This document shows positions 12,101 to 27,676 of a stretch of DNA of 64,000 nt, in pieces (the stretch's first letter is position 1; every line of letters starts with the position of its first letter). This DNA comes from Yuukianura sp. NJ FZ-2021 (taxonomy: Eukaryota). The notes beneath the pieces were generated by a model that ran no database searches, was not told the origin of the DNA, and worked only from the letters and a program-made list of their open reading frames with translations. The stretch lies in NCBI GenBank assembly GCA_046563655.1, contig CM102286.1:13826001-13890000 (forward strand). The letters run 5' to 3'. The translations under genes were made by a program, and so were the position numbers.

Positions 12101-15100
12101 AAAATTAGCGGTAACATACAATTTTTTTTTTTCGAAAATGAACATTTTAGGTGGTGGTGCTAAAATGATAAACGGAAGTGTGAAAAAATGAGTTACTTTT
12201 TTCACACCTGTTGAGCGGATGAGAGCGAAGAGCAGTTTTAGCGAAGCAGAAAAGAAAGAGCTTAGGGTTCGATCCCCGGCGTCTTAGTTCGATAGAAAAA
12301 AACATTGACATTTTCCAATGACGCATGACATGTAGCCGTCTGTGAGATATTTCTTTTCTTATTTAATATTGATTTGACATTAGGAACAAGGGAAGACGTG
12401 TCCAGGGTAATTTGAAACATGCATTGTTAGGAATTTTGAGTGATGGAAGTTGATGATCAGCTCGGACTAAAAATTTATGCTCAAATGTTCTGTACGGGCC
12501 ACAATTCAAAAGTTTCTCCAGCGCCAGGATTCAAAAAGTGAACATAGGAATCCATCATCACCCTCTAAACGTGTCCAAACTGTTTTTCCTCCATGAACAA
12601 AAAAGGCAATCATCATCAACTTGATGCTTGCATTTTGAATTTTGAAAAGTTTGGCGCGTAACAACGTCCAAAGTGTCAGGTATGAGGCCTTGAATTCTGC
12701 TGGATCAAAAATAGAACAAATGAAGTTTTGACATTGTAAGAAATTGCCTCGGGCGGGAAAAAAGACCAAGTCGTAAGTGAATGAACTTTAGAAACGAGCG
12801 GCAATTCTTCTTGTTCGAAAAGTCGGATGACAATTTGACACCTTCCCAATGTTCGTTTTTGGTAATAAATCATCGTCACACCAAAAAAGTCTAATCGCAC
12901 CTAAAGATCACTTTTTGGATTCTGCATCTTTTGAATTTTGGTTCGTCTGGAAGGACTTTTGAATTTGGGGATTTGGAATTGGAAGTGTCAGCTTAAGCTT
13001 AAAGTTCACACATCAGTAATCTGGATGCAAAATTTAATTAATTGAATTTGAAATTTGATTATCGAAATTTGGAATTTTTAAATTTAAGTTATATTTGATT
13101 TGAAAATAATTACTCTTTTGGAGCCTTTTATTATTTGTTGAATTGAGGCAACACAGAAAGGGGTGAAAAGTTATTTTGTGATTTTGATTATTTTGAAGTT
13201 TTCGAAATTTGAAATTTTGAAAATGAGAGAGGGTTGCCGCCATAGAGTGAGTGAGTCATGGCGCTCTACTTCAAAGTCAATCAACAGTAGCTTTTTGAAA
13301 GTAACTTACAAGAGGTGCACCTCTCAAAATCCCCTCGAGTCAAAATGTGTTAAGCAGCCGTGTAATTTGTGGGAATTTGTCTTTTTTGATACGATTTTAA
13401 TAGTTGCTAGGTAGTAAAATGTTCGTGAAGTCTCAAAATTTCGTGTGAAAATGTTGGACTTTTGAATTTTTTATGCTTTGCGCTACTAAGTTTTACTTTT
13501 TAAGGAAAAACGAATTTGGAGTTGAGCGAGATTCGCCATTTTGTGGTTTTCTGGGAGAAGGAAATAATCGATTAATGTCGATTTTTAAGGAAACTGGTTC
13601 ACTTTTTTTGTCAACAAAAAGAGATATCGAGATAACAAAAAAGTTTCGCCAAAATAATTTTGGTGAAAAGATTGAACTGATTTCAAAGAAATTGCGGCTA
13701 AGGGCATTCTAGGTGATTTTTGTTAATGAAAGTTTTTTGGACTTCTTGACAAGTTTGTACGTTTTGGCGGCTTTCAGTGAGATATTTACTAAATCGTGTT
13801 TTAGAAAATTCAAACACGTTTGACTTTTCTGTTTAAACAAAAAAATGAAAGTTAGAGTTGGAATAAGTCAAAGTTAGAATCCGTTTGAACTGGATTTTAT
13901 CACGAACAGAACTGAAAACTGAAAAGTGCCCAAAGTTAAATAAATTAGAAAACTCGTATTTGTTCTTTTTCTGTTTTTGTAAAACTTTCCGTTTTCACCG
14001 TACCCTGTAATTATACTTCCCAATTCCCACTAAACATTTCCGTAATACAACTCCTGTTTTTCTCTAAACTGAAGCAGATCACAGAACCTGTCGAAATTTC
14101 AAACAAAAACAGTTTTTTTTGTGTAAAATTTTGAATAACTAAAAAAAATTGAATATTAAAAACTCAGTAGCTGTGAGAGAGTGTAGCCTGAAGCGTCAAA
14201 GTCAGAAAAGTTCCTAATTTCTTGCACCCCTCTTTGGTTCATCATCCGAAAAATAATGAAATTTTGAAAAAGGCGTGATGTGAATAAATCAATGTTTAAG
14301 TGGTCTAAATTACTTTCTAATGGAAAATGGATTTATTCAGAACATCCCAAACAAGATAGGGTATGGAAATCAATTAAAACTGAAAAATAATTTTAGGGTT
14401 ATTGATTCACTGCAATTTAATGATTTTGAAACTTGTTCCAAATTTTTGAAATAGATTTTCTCAAAGTGATGAAAAACGCAAAAAGACAAGTTTTTCTCAT
14501 GGTTTTGGAATTTTATACAAACGAATTCTGGTTTTTGCGTTTCTGCGTGCGATTTCCGAGGTTTGAGGATTTTTTTTTCAATTTTTACATTTTTAATTCG
14601 GTACATGTTAATTATTTTTCTGTGCAATTTTTTTCTCGGATAATCGTGTTTTGCAAATTTTTTTCTTGTCGTAACCAGCATGTTTTTAATTTTTGCGTAA
14701 AAAACACACTCAAAGTCATTGACCATTGACTTTGAGGAAGTTTCTCATGAAAAGTGGAAATTTGTTGAAAACTTTTTTGACAGAGTTGAAAACGTGTTCA
14801 TTCCTTGTGATGTGCGTGTGTGGAAATGTTAATCACGATGAAAGTTAATTGTATACCACTGGATTAATTCGCTTCAAAAGTTACAGTGGGCAGCATAACG
14901 TTTTATTTTTGCATATTTAATAACATACTTTGTGTTTACATTTCCAACATTTCCAAATTTGTTCATTTCTGCACTTTTCAAAAAATTCTCAAAGAAAAAC
15001 TTTTTTTGAAAAGTGAAACTTTGTAATCTAGAAATTGGAGGCCCAGAAATAGTTGGCTTGACTTTTGTTGATGAGGGAATTGCATGTTAAACTTTTGAGC

Positions 15101-18100
15101 AAATAAGATCTGATCTGACGTTTTAACTTGGTAAACTGAAGATCCTGATTAACATGAAAGTTAAAAAAATCTTCATTATTAATTCTCATCACTAACGATA
15201 ACAATTTTAAGGTTACAACGCTCACGCTTCTGTGCATTGCACTATTTACAGACCGAAAGTATCGATTTTTCATGAAAAAGCTAACAACAATTTGAGTGGA
15301 ACTTTCAGTTTAAACGAAGCACTCAAAACATGCAAAACTTGTTTTAAAAAAGAGCGCGAGATTCCGTGGAGAAAGTTTTGTGGCGGGAGAAAGTTATTTT
15401 CGTGCTTTCACTTTCTTTGCATGTTGCACATGATTTTGTCCCTAGTGGATGTTGGATGCAGATTAGAATTTGTTCTTTGCATTTTTAAGGTTATGGTTAG
15501 ATTTTGAGTGAAGGTTAGGCTAAAGTTAGGTTAGTTGGATTTTGAAGAATGAATTTCAGTAGGAGCAGAGATGGTTAAGATAAAGGTGTGTAGTATGTTG
15601 GGCAGGGAGAAACGATTAGTCATGTTATAATATCAAAACTTCCCGCTGAGGAGGAATGAGCAGCAGTTTGTGCTGCTTTTCAAGTGTAATCGTCATCGTC
15701 AGCCATCCATTCCTTAGTTTTTGCTTAGTCTTTGAATCCCTTTGCTTAGTCTTTGACTTTGACCTCCTCTGGTGCTTCCTTTTCTAATGACACAACAACT
15801 ATGGAAGTCCATGAACATAATATGTTGAGTCATACCTTTAAGATATTCAATGTACACAAGTAGTAATAGACTGTGTTCGTCTTCCAGTGAACATCAAAGC
15901 CAAAATTTACTTTGGCCAAGAATAGGCTGAATAAATGTCAGAGGTCAAAGGTCAAAGTTTCACATTCTGTCTGTTTCGGACAGCAAAGAGTATGGAAAAG
16001 TGTTGGAAAATTTCAAGCAATTTTCACCGAAAGTTTTTTTTAAAGATTAACCTTTCTCCCTTTATGTACCGAAAAATCAAGTGAAACACTTGTGTTGCAA
16101 AGTTAATCCTTATTTCCCCGCTGCTCTTTTTGACTATTTTTTGAATTTTAAAACTTTTTAAAAATTGAATCCTGTTTTTGAAAATTTTGGTTAATTTGAC
16201 AATGGTTGAAGTTGTTTCAAAGGATTTTGGGACGTTTAGGGTTTAGACAATTTAAAAAAATGTTGTTCTTTTGTTGTTTTTTTATGAAATTGGAATTAAG
16301 TTTTAATTGGGTTAATTTTGTTTTGAAAATGCTTGGTTTTGTGATCTAATTTGTCTGTTGTTTCCTGAATGACTTTGGAAGGAAAAGTGAAAGTAAAATT
16401 TGGAACCAGAGCAGCAGAACTTCGTTGTGGTTTAAAATTGTGCCGATTCATGTCATTTAATCATGTATTGTAATTTAGAGCACAGGAAATAATAGCATAT
16501 GGGGTACACAATGAGAATGTTAGGGTGATGCCTCAGAATTGAAAGTTAACATTGATGTTAGGAAATAATAGAAAATTTAAATTGCTTCAAGTTCTGTTGT
16601 GGTTCCAAAGAATAAAGTCCAATTGGCCTTGATTGATTATCCTATTCAAGATGAATTTCAAATTGCAAAAGTCTCCTTTTCTACTCCAATTCCCTTGCGG
16701 CTGCTTTAAACTTTTAAGTCAAAGTCAAACCACGGTCATTCTCTGACTCTTTTCAAATCAATTTCTTCAGTAACAATAGAAATTTACAAAGAACAAAAAT
16801 TTTCAATTTTTCTCCAGGGCATACATGTTTTTTTCAGTCAGAGAGAGCATTACGATGCATTTATTCCTGAAATAACATTTCAAAAAGTCAATGCCGAATT
16901 TAAGCAATGGCAAAAACTTTTTTTTCGATTTCATTGAAATATTTTTAATGAAAATTTTTAACATTTTATACATAGTTACCACGCTTGTCGATTTTTTTGG
17001 ACATCTGAGAAGTTCTACATTTTAGACACCTTTCGAGATGAAATTTTTTGTTTTCGTTTTTACTTTTATTTTTGGTTCGGACTTTTGAGTCGTTTGCCGT
17101 TTCCTTAATTTTTGAATCTTTTGCACAGATTTGAGTTTTCAAGTTTCGAGAAGCCGAATGTCGTAGATTTGAAATTTTTGTAAATTCAAGACATCAGTAG
17201 AGGTCAAAGGTCAGGGTGACGGAAATGATTAAAGTTCGGGAGTTATTGACTTTCCCTCCCAATTTTCTTTTGAATTCGATTCATTGAATTTGAACTATTT
17301 ACTATTACTTTACTATGTTAGGTTCAACTTGAGGTTAGTTTTTGGTTCATTCCTGGAAAAAGTAATTAATCAAGAAGCCACTCGACCTTAAACTGGGTCA
17401 ACCTCAATGGACTCACTTTTAGTTCAAGTGAGTTTCAAAACTACCACCAAAGTTGTGTTATGTGGCCAAGGCCCGTCTTTTTAAATTGATGGATTTGAAA
17501 TTGAAAGAGAGATGAAAGAATAACTGATGATGTCGTATATTAATCTAGATTCAGAACTTACCTCCTACATTACTATACTTCTGGATGAGCACATGTTACG
17601 CCCTTCATTTTCAAAAAATAGTTTTTTGAAAAGTTATTTTTTTGAACAACCTTAGTCTCTAAGACTAAGAAACCAAAATGAGAAAAATAGGCTACCCGCT
17701 GTTCTATTTTGTTCAAATGTCAACTCACAGAGTAATAAATCTTATTAAATGACTTATCCCTACTGAACGGAACGAAAGAAATTTTTTTGTTCAGAACACA
17801 AAATTGTTGTGGAGGGGTCCACAAATAACTTCTTTGGTAGAAAACCAGAAGCAGAGAGCGTAAAATCAGACGTAGCTTGGAGCGCATAACGTAAAAGAGA
17901 TGAGCGGCTTCGGAAAAGCTTAAAGAAATATTTGATTTTTTTTGGTCCATGCCAGCATCCAGTAAATCGAATCTTGAAAATGATTTCTTTTCTAAAAATT
18001 TCTACATGTTTGGTTTCAAAAAAGTTTTTTGGTTGACTAAACATTTGTGAATTGGTGGTTAGAAGGTTAGGGTAGGGAAATGTTGAAAAGTAGAACTATA

Positions 18101-19071
18101 AGTCTATTATAGATGATAGACTCTGCAGTTATTGACATGTAAGCTACTGTTCAAACAGAGTTTTTTCTTAAACAAGATCCAAATGTTAGGTTTTTTGGTT
18201 AGGGTGTGTTATAACATAGCTTTTTGTGTGGCGGCAGATGAGGGTCAGCGAGTGACCTTTCCTTCTCCCCTCTTCTTGTTATTGACAAAAAGTTCATTAT
18301 TTTTTTCGTTTTTCTTTTTGTTAGATTTTCATCTCTTGTCTCCTCGGTTCATTTAACAATCATAATGATTTTTATTTTGTGAAGATTTTCAAAAGTTGAT
18401 AACTCCGAAGTTAGGATGCCCAGCTCTGGTTACTTTATTAAATCCTGCTGCTCTGTGCGATCCCTATGCCCAGATGTGTTTATTCAAACTTTTAGCTTCG
18501 TTGTTGTTCAAAATTTCAAAAGAAATTGCCGTGTCGGGTTGGCTTTGTTCGGTAGGAAGTTTTGTTCATCTTTGGAAAATCCGTCCACACTTTTTTGAAA
18601 AATTGAGGTTCTCGTTCTTTGAAAAGTTTTTTGAAAGGCTTCCAGGCATAACATTTCAAAACCAAAAAGTAACCTCAAAAGTCAAAATTTTCTGGAATTG
18701 AGTATGCTTTCAAAAAAAGAGAAAAAAAATTCATAAAGTAGCCGTAACTAGGGAATGGGAAATTGCCGACATCTGCTGGAGAAAGCTAGTTGAAAAAAAT
18801 ACTTGTTGGACGCTTTCTCTTTCTTTGACAAAAAAAAAATGCAGTCTACCGTATTTCACTGTCAAAATGCAACTGCAAGTGACACTAAAAATAAAAAAAA
18901 ATCGAAATTTAAAAAAAAAACGAGTCTTAGCTAAAATTACTTCCAATTTTTCATTTGCTGCACGAAAAACCTAAAAGGTCGTAACGCTAAAATCTTAAAT
19001 AGAGCCAAATTCTTTTCAAACTCATAAAATTTAACAAGTTTTGGCGACTTTTCCGTTTGACAAAAATTGTC

Positions 19072-19234
19072 GAAACTTGTGTTGTCAATTTTCAAAAATT
19101 TGAAACCATTGCCGAAACGTGTGTTTTTTTCCTTCAGAAAATTGAGTCCATTGGCGAAAGTTTTGTTGTTAATTTTGAATAATTTGAAACTAATTCCGTG
19201 AAACTTTGTTGTTAATTTTGAAAACTTTGAAACC
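19072..19234. repeat. Degenerate tandem repeat, about 42-bp unit x4
   Basis: GAAAC..GTGTTGT.AATTTT.AA.AATTTGAAACCATTG.C recurs at about 19072, 19114, 19156 and 19200. Confidence 0.6.
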
Positions 19235-22200
19235 AGGAAGTGCACAGTCTAATTTTTTTTCGTAAAGTACAAACCGGTCTCTCGTTGTTCCCTTGTGGTC
19301 GCGTGTCTACTAAGTATTTACATTGTGTTTTTGCATAGTAAGTCTCCTTTTCAGAAAAAAAGAACAAGAAAAACGAAGCGTATCGAATTCATTATTCATA
19401 GGATTTTGTTGAACATCATTTCCCAAGTGGTCGCAAATGGAAAGATTATGGTAGTGGTTGGGCGATTGCTCGGAGCTTCAACAGGGCGGGAGATTTTAAT
19501 TGCATAAAAAATTGAATTTGAAATGGACCGATTTAGATGAATTAGAAAATGTTTTAGATTGATTAGTGCATTGGACAAGCTCAAAGCCACCTTCTGCATG
19601 CAGCTTGTTGAAATTGAATCTCCCTTTTCATGCTTTTGTTTATGTCCACCCTTCCAGAATTTTGAACAAACGATATATTCACAACAATTGAATCTGGTGA
19701 CATCGTCTGCTCTATATTCAGTATTGTTATTGTCATTTTTTGAAACTGTAATTGTTATGTTGGCGGGAAAAACCTACCCTAACGTATACATTTTTTTTCA
19801 ATGATTATGGACTGTCGACCGTTTTTGAAAAAGTAATCCCTTGTGGCCCATGCATGTGGCCTATTCAAGTCACAATAACTTTTTTTTTTCAAAAAGCGCG
19901 CTTTTGAATACAAGTAGTGTACAAAACAGGGTTCGCAGAAGTAGAATCGGATTTCCAATTCGGTGCATTTCTGAAAATTTATTTATGAGGAGCGTCGAGG
20001 AGGGTAAATGCTCCCCGTCCAGAACTTTTCTGGACCTGTGCTGATTACATTTTCCGAAAATCATTATTTATTACATCTTTGTACGCTCCGGTCCCCCAAG
20101 TTACTAAAATTTTCAAAATTTTGATTCAATCTGGAAAGTCCATTTTCTAAAAACAGAACTTGGACTTGGAGCTTTAGTAAAAACAAGCTCAATTGAAATC
20201 GCTTTTGGCTTCAAACAGTTGAAAACTGAAAACGTTGACTTTTGGTGGGCGCGGGCGGTTGTTCTTCCTGTTCAAAAATAATTCAATTTAAAACAAAATT
20301 TAGTTTAAAGTGAAATGAAGGAAAAAGAGAGAAATGTTGTTTGCTTGGAATCAAATTCGACTAAATTTGAATTTGATCTTCGAATTTCCAATTTTCAAGT
20401 ACATGTTCAAAATCAAATGTTTTCTCAAAATGTTGTTTTAAATAAATGTTGTTCAGAAAAATACAAATTTTGAATCGATTGGAGAGCTTTTGAGATTAAA
20501 GGAAACGGAAAAGACTGATTCAATTTTGAATTCAATTTGGAACTGACTGTTGGGTGCGCGCGGACTTTTGACCTTTTGCTTGAACCTGGATGCAAAAAGT
20601 CAACGGTTCGAAGCCTGCTCCCGTCTACTTTTTTTTTGAATAGCGTAATTCCACTTTCTCTGATTAAAATCCCTGAAGCAAGGAAGGAAAAAAGAGCGAC
20701 GACGGTGAAAGTCGACGCATTTGCATTCTTTTTTTTAAATAAATACAAAGTAAAAGATTTTTTTTTTGAAATAACGTCAAGGTTCAAGCGTTTCTGGCAC
20801 GGCTGGATGCCTAGGGCGCCAACACGGGCTTTTTTGAATTTGGCGGTTTTTTCTATAACGTTAAAAACGGATTTCAACTGCCGGTGTTCTTCCTGTCACA
20901 TCAAGAAACCGACGCAATAACAAAAGCGACATGCAGCGATTCACTTTTTTGAAAAAAAAAGAAGCAATTCGCTTTTCTTTTTTGAAAAAAAAATCCTTTG
21001 ATTGTGATTGCTTTATGATGCGTCATCTCCGCCACTCTATTTACAAAACTAACTCCCGACTACACTAAACCTACCCCCTCAAACCATTTATATTTGAAAT
21101 TTCAAATTTTCCCGCCACCAGACGAAACTGGTTTTTAGGGTGGTGGTGCAGGATTTGAACCTGTCGCGTGTGATGTGGGTTCGAGGCTTAGGCTCGGCAT
21201 GTGACAAAACTTTTTTTTGGAAGGTTCAATCGTCATTCGCTTTCATTTGAAATTCTTTTGTGTTTTAGCGGGAGATTGAGAGGGAGTTTCTCCGGGAAAA
21301 ATTCAAAAAGGGAAATGAATCTTTTTTGGTCTCTGGTACAATATTTACTCATCACTTGCAGGGATTCTATATTGCATTTTTGCTATTTTTAGGTAGAGGA
21401 TTTATTGGGTGGGATGAGATACAATAAGTAGCTACGTGTGACATTTAAAATAATAAAAGCTCGTAATCCTATAGGTTTTTAGTCCTTGGAGGGAAAAGTT
21501 CCTTTTTTCAAAATTTTGGCTATGAATTTTGATGGTCCCTAAACACTCTGGAGAACCATAATGTTCTCCTGGATAGAAAATGCAACCCTCTCAATTTCAA
21601 AAATGGGTTTCTCTTTATAGACTTTTGTTTGTACAAAATATAAAGCATATCATGTGTCATTGTTCTTTTCGGGAATTCAATTGTTTCAAAAATTTTGAGA
21701 CTCATATTTCAGTTTTTTACTGAAACTGAAAACGACTCCACTTTCTAAACCTGTCAACTCCAAACATTGGAGTAGTTTTTACCAAATTCAATTGAAAACA
21801 GTTCTGGAAGGTCACGTGAGACAAAAGGAGAAAACGGTAAATAGCGGAAGTTTTAAAATAGTGGATTTAAAGAAAAATTGAAATTCAACCTGGCGGTAAA
21901 TTTTGCTCAAGAAAGAGTAAACTTTAACCGTAGTTTTGAAATATACAGAGAAAAAGTTAAACGGACATTTGAAAAATGAGTTTGGCGGTCTATTTCAAAT
22001 GGTTAACCAAACCAAATCTGACTTTTTTGGCGGTCGTTTTGAAATTTGAAAAATGAAAACACACAACAAACTGAAAGTGTAAACGGAATTAAACTCTACA
22101 GCGCGCGAATTTAATTAAATCTAAAATTTTGTGACAAGAATGATTAGTTGTGCAAAAAATGTTGTTCTGTTTCCTGTCATAAAAATGGAGAAAGCGAGTC

Positions 22201-25200
22201 ACGCGAATAATGTATTTCTGGAGAACTAAATTTTCAAAAAGTTTTTAGAAACTTGAACTTCGTTTTTTCAAAATTCAAAAACAACAGCAAAGCGACGGGG
22301 GTTCCCTACTTTCACTTTATCACTTTCACTTAACATATTCTTTGAAAAGAGTCGAGTAGTTTTAGTTCTGGGTGGCAAACTTTATAAACATTTTTTTCAA
22401 GTGTTTATAAAAAAGTTTCTTCCGTTTCAATTTTTTTTACTTTTGTGGAGCTTTAAATTTTTATGAGGATTGCCGTTGCTGATGATCAAAAACTGAGGCA
22501 AGTCCCAGAGGGTTTTTCAGCACAAAGTCTTGCATTTGGCTTTACATTACGCTTGCATAAGGGTGATTCTTCAAAGTCCGGGAGTGAAAAATGCCCGGGA
22601 GAAAATAAATGAAAAGCGGGAGAAAACATGCAAGGAAGTGGTGGGGGCGGGGTGGGTTCGGCCCCACCAAAAACCTCCCTGCCTTGTATAACTTAAGTTG
22701 TATTTAATGATACAGTGGATTTATAAATAAGTAGAGGAAGATTAGTATCTGGGGGTAAAAGAGGAAGGAAAAATCTTACCTCCTTTGCCTCACCAAAATT
22801 TATGTCCAAAACATACAACTTTTTTAGTACAACAGAAACACTCAGGCTAAAACGTAAACGAAAATGCACAGGGAAACTTGAACTTTCACGGGTTCACGCG
22901 TTGTGAAAAGTGAAAACGTGAAAAAAAAGTTAACCTCTGAGAACGGATGAAAATTTACGAAACCCGGTTGTGAAATTTACTTTTACAATTTTCATTTCGG
23001 AATTTCAAAAGAGAACTTAACCATAGTTAGGCTAAACTGAATGCTTACGATTTTTTTTGATGGTCACTCGGAAAATATGCGGTTTGAAAAAATGTCTTTG
23101 GAAATTGAAATTTTGAAATTCGTTTTAAGTTAATTTTTGAATTTGTGTTAGGTTAGTGTAGGAAGAATTTTGGAGTCGGTTTGGTTTTGGATTCAAAACT
23201 GAAAGAAAAGTGCAAGTGATTTCAAGATATGACAAAAAAATTTTTTTTGTGGCCGAAAACTTACACGCTTCAGAAAGTAAAGTCTTGCTTCAATCCGCCT
23301 TTTGAAACCATAAAATAAACAATGGGATTTCACAAGTAATTCTTCTTTTGTTCTTTTTGCAAAAAGAAAAATCATCGTTTTTGTACAGAAAAAAAGTTTA
23401 TAGGTATGTTGGCTTCTTCTGTTTTTTTTTGCTAGTCAAATCCTCTTTTCCATTTTATGGTTTGAAATGTCTGAATTTTGAAATTGAAATTATACCCCAA
23501 AACAAAGAAGCCCAGAAGCAAAAAATTGCAAAAGTGAAAATGAAATAAATGCTAATAAAAATATAAAATTTTATTTTTATGACTACCAGTCACTCACACA
23601 CCATGCTATTAGAAATTGAAAAAACTTTGGGAAAAAGTATTAAACGGCGTTCGTAAATCTCTCATCGTTTCTTCCCACAGTTTTTTTTTACTTGTGCTAT
23701 ACAATCCTAACACTAAAAAAATACAAATTTCATAAAAAGTTTTATGAAATTTGTATTTTGAGGAGTACTTTTCAAGGATTGCGTGCATGTAGGTTTGTGG
23801 TTTAGAAAAGAAAATTTGTTTGTTTAAAACTGCAAATAATATGTTAACTTTTTGCAATTTTTTCGCCAGGTTTCAGTTTTTGACTTAATTTGTAGCCTAA
23901 AACCAACTAAAATTGCGCAAATAAGTTATGAAAATCACAAAAAGTCATATAGTTAAGCATCAACTTCAGTTGTACTACCATAATATGGTAAATGCAACAA
24001 CAAAACTTAGTTTCTTGTCTCAAAATTTTTTGAAATATTTTTTTTTGAAAAAAATTGTTTTCAGACACTATCGTGAAATTTTTTTCAACCAATTTTTTGT
24101 TTGTTTGCAACAAGATGTTTCATGTTTTTGAGTGATTTTGTCCAAGTCGAGGGTTGGTTTCAGCCCATCAGCGGTCGAAAAGCACCGTAAGCTGGAAAGC
24201 AACAGCTTTAACTTATTTCATTTTCAAAAAACCCGGGCGTTTCAGTGCGTGCTTTCAGTTTTAGACGCCACCAATGTACTGATGGAAATGAAAGAAGATA
24301 AAAGTAAGGGCTAAGAATGAGGCCGCAAATTGGGTTCACCTTGTCACCAAGATCCTTCCAGATGTGACACTGTACTCAGCACCAGCATTTATTCCAGTGC
24401 TTCCAGCGCTCTTTCCAGCGCTTCCAGGCCCTGTTCCAGCCCTCATCTTACCTTGCAATTCCAGGACCTTATGTCTCTGAGCCCCTTCCACAAAAAGTAA
24501 TACCAGAAAATGACTTCTTCATTCAAAATAGGAAAAGTTTTGAGGAGAAAGTGGGTTTGTTCCAAGGAGCTTCCAACTTTCACCCAGAGAAACCCAGCTC
24601 AACATAATTTTAAAACTGGAATTGAATTCAATTGAAAAAAAGAGGAAGAGGCTTTGAGATTGCATCTTCCTGTCATTTTTTCTCTTGCAGAAAACAATAG
24701 AGGTTTTTCGATGTTGAGGAACATGCAGGAGCAGTAGTAGTAGCTTTTTTTAGTGAAAAGAGAAAGGAGCACAAACGGAAATTGAAGTATTTCCGTCTTT
24801 CTCTTATGGCTTCTGCAACATTATTTTCCATTTGACTTTCTCTGCCTTCCCTGTGCATAACGTTTGGGTTTATACCTAAAGTAATACTAAGAGAGAAACG
24901 TAGGTTTTTGTAAGTTTAAATTTTGGCGCCATGCTTTTGATTTCAAAATATTCGATTCTCAACTGGTGGTGCATACAAAACGTGTGCTTTCATTTTGAGA
25001 TACGGATTTAAATTTTTTCGGGATGCGTGATACGTGCTCGTCTGAACCAAATTTGGATTCAAATATTTTATTAGAGAAACAAGTTAAAACAACGAAGTTC
25101 AAAAATTTTGATTTGTTTTTGTAAAATTTTGAAACTCATTGGCCAAAAATTTAGAGTCATGGAGAGTAACACGGTTTTGGTTTAATTAAATTATAACTGA

Positions 25201-27641
25201 AATGGAGTTGTTTAGTTGTTTTCAGAACGACGTCTGCGCAGTAGGATTTGTCAAGCTGCGCAGTGGAGACGTTATAATTGTGCCTCAACTGCGCAGACAA
25301 CCAAATGTCATAATTTGTACCATAAAGTGATCTGCGTGAGTGCAGGTTATTAAACAGAAAGTAGTTAGGAAGATATCCAGTGGATTTCAAAGTTATGACA
25401 TAGACGTGGTAAGGTTGTCACCCATTCAACATTTGAACCATGCTGTACTTTTTTTTAAATCTCCCACCCACTGCTTCTGGTTTGGTGTAATTTGACGGAC
25501 TGTCTGTCAGGTTAGATTTGCATATGGCGGTCATAATTTGAAAGACTAATTTTTTAGAGTTAGTTCTGACATTTGGTTAGCAGAGTTGAGATGACCTTTG
25601 ACATTTACTGGGAAACATAAATATTTAAGTGTGTGGTTAATGTGACATTTCCATTACTCGCATTAAATAAACAATAAACATTTGAGTCATCCTGTACATA
25701 ACTCGTTTGATGCAACACAAATTACTGGAAGTGGACTTGAAGTGGGCTTCGTAGGCGCCGTTTCCAATACTATAGCGTTAGGCAATCAAAATGTTGCAAG
25801 GGCCCCCTTGAGTCCTGCTGTTGATTTTAGTTCTTCTGTAGTGTCCCTGTCGTTTCCATTATTTTTTCAAGTATAAAATAATATAATTACTATAATAACA
25901 AAATAAGTTATTACAATTTGACTTTTGGATAGACATGGCTGGACCGTGACAGCTTCAGTTGTCCAACCTACGACATTTTCACAAGTTAAGTTTAAATGCT
26001 TCTTTCGTGCTTCAAAAAATTTTTTTTAGCGGGAAACGATGGGTTTGTCGAAATGTGGTACAAACTGGAAAAGAATTGAAATGATTTTTTTTCGAATTCT
26101 ACTTCTTTACATAAAGTTCAAATTTCCAAAGTTTGGCAAGGCTTGGAAATTCCGAAAATGCTAATTCGAGGCAACCAGGAAATTGAAGGTGGTGAAATTT
26201 TGAAGTTTTGTGAAAGTCTCTTTTGAGATCTTTGTGTTTGTACCGAACAAAAATTTGCGTAGGATAAGGACTAATGCTTATTTTGGCGACAATTGCGTGA
26301 ATAATTGCCTAGCAAAAAGAAAATCGCATTTTGTAACTTTTACACGTTACAAAATGTGCCAATTTTTATTATTTTGTCGTTGTCAAATATCAATGTGTCA
26401 AACAATGAATGACTTAGGTCAAAGTCATACATAAAGTTGTAGTAGGCAATTGAATTGAAATGTTTTCTTTTTCAATGAAAACTGTTTCGTTGACAGCCTT
26501 AATCTTCGAAAGGAAGGAATGTTTGGGTAGTGTGAAAAGACAAATCTGGTTAATGGTGTACCCTCCTCTCGTAACCTTAAAACCTTAAACCTATTAGGTT
26601 AAGCTATTAGGTTCTTGGACGTGTTAGGCTAGTTTTCAGCCTAACTTTTTTTTTCTCTTGCAACAAAATTTCAATCTTGCATCCCACTCCTAAAAGGCGT
26701 CTCAAATGCTATTAAGAGACGCCACTTACCAATTTTTCATATTTAGAGTCATTAAGGGAACCCGCAGAGGTTGGAAGCTGAGAAAAAATCTCTCACACAG
26801 TTTCGTTTTTTTAAATTCTATACTCGCGCTACTTTTTTCAAAGACTAAAGCTGGAATTCGCTGGAGAAAAATAAGTTTTGGGAAATTAAGGTTTTACTTG
26901 AACTAGCAGAAAGGCAGCGATGCATGTAAGTGAAGTCGCAAAAGACGAAGCACCTCAGCACCTGAGCAATTTCTAAAAGTTATGACTTTCTCAAGTTAAA
27001 AAAACAGTTTTCGAAAAAAGCAGCAGGCTTTTTCTAAAACTAGTTTTTGTTAAATAAATCTCGGAAACGGTTAACTCCAGAACTAGAAAGAGAGAGATTT
27101 TTTTTCAGAAACAGTTTCAGTTTAGTCTTAAATGGAGAAAATAGGTTAGAAAAAGTCGGAATTGAAATGGAATGAAATTTTTTGGAGGGAAGGTGGAGGG
27201 AAGATTTGAAATTTGAAAATGTTTCGTCGTCACAGGATGAGGTAATAAGAAAGATGAAGAAAAAGATGATATTTCATGGCCCATTCTTTGGAAGTCTCTT
27301 CCCCCGTGGCTTCCTACCTTGCGTTAGGAGGAGATGAGGATGATGATCATTTAAAATGGGAAATGAAAGAGAGGGAACTTTTAAAAAAAATGAAAAAAGT
27401 GTTTACCTCTGAGCGTTGGGAGGGAAGGGGAGTTGAATGTAATCGAGTTCAAAAAATGAAAAACGAAAACGCAGGAGGGAGGTTGATGAAAGATCGTTTT
27501 AAAAATTCTTAAGGGAGGGAAGTGAAAAACAATGGCGGGTAAATAGTAGCGAGACGTAAGTTTTTGTGTGTTTCATGCATAGGAATAGGAAAATTTAAAT
27601 TTAGAGCAAGGTAGCAGAAGCGCTATATATAAACTGGGCCG

Positions 27642-27676
27642 AATAATATAATATAAATAATAATAATAATAATAAT
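27642..27676. repeat. (AAT)n microsatellite
   Basis: AATAATATAATATAAATAATAATAATAATAATAAT. Confidence 0.8.

Noticed and set aside
21141..21200. Possible tRNA gene ending in CCA on the minus strand
   Set aside because: Only a T-arm is present; no acceptor stem, D-arm or anticodon arm can be formed, and eukaryotic tRNA genes do not normally encode CCA.
21372..21399. Possible recursive-splicing ratchet point (TTTTTAG|GTAGAG)
   Set aside because: The regenerated donor is weak and such junctions are expected by chance in T-rich DNA; it would need nascent RNA-seq.
27276..27512. 78-aa ATG-initiated ORF with acidic and basic patches
   Set aside because: A purine-rich low-complexity strand bias explains the open frame; no domain or convincing exon structure.
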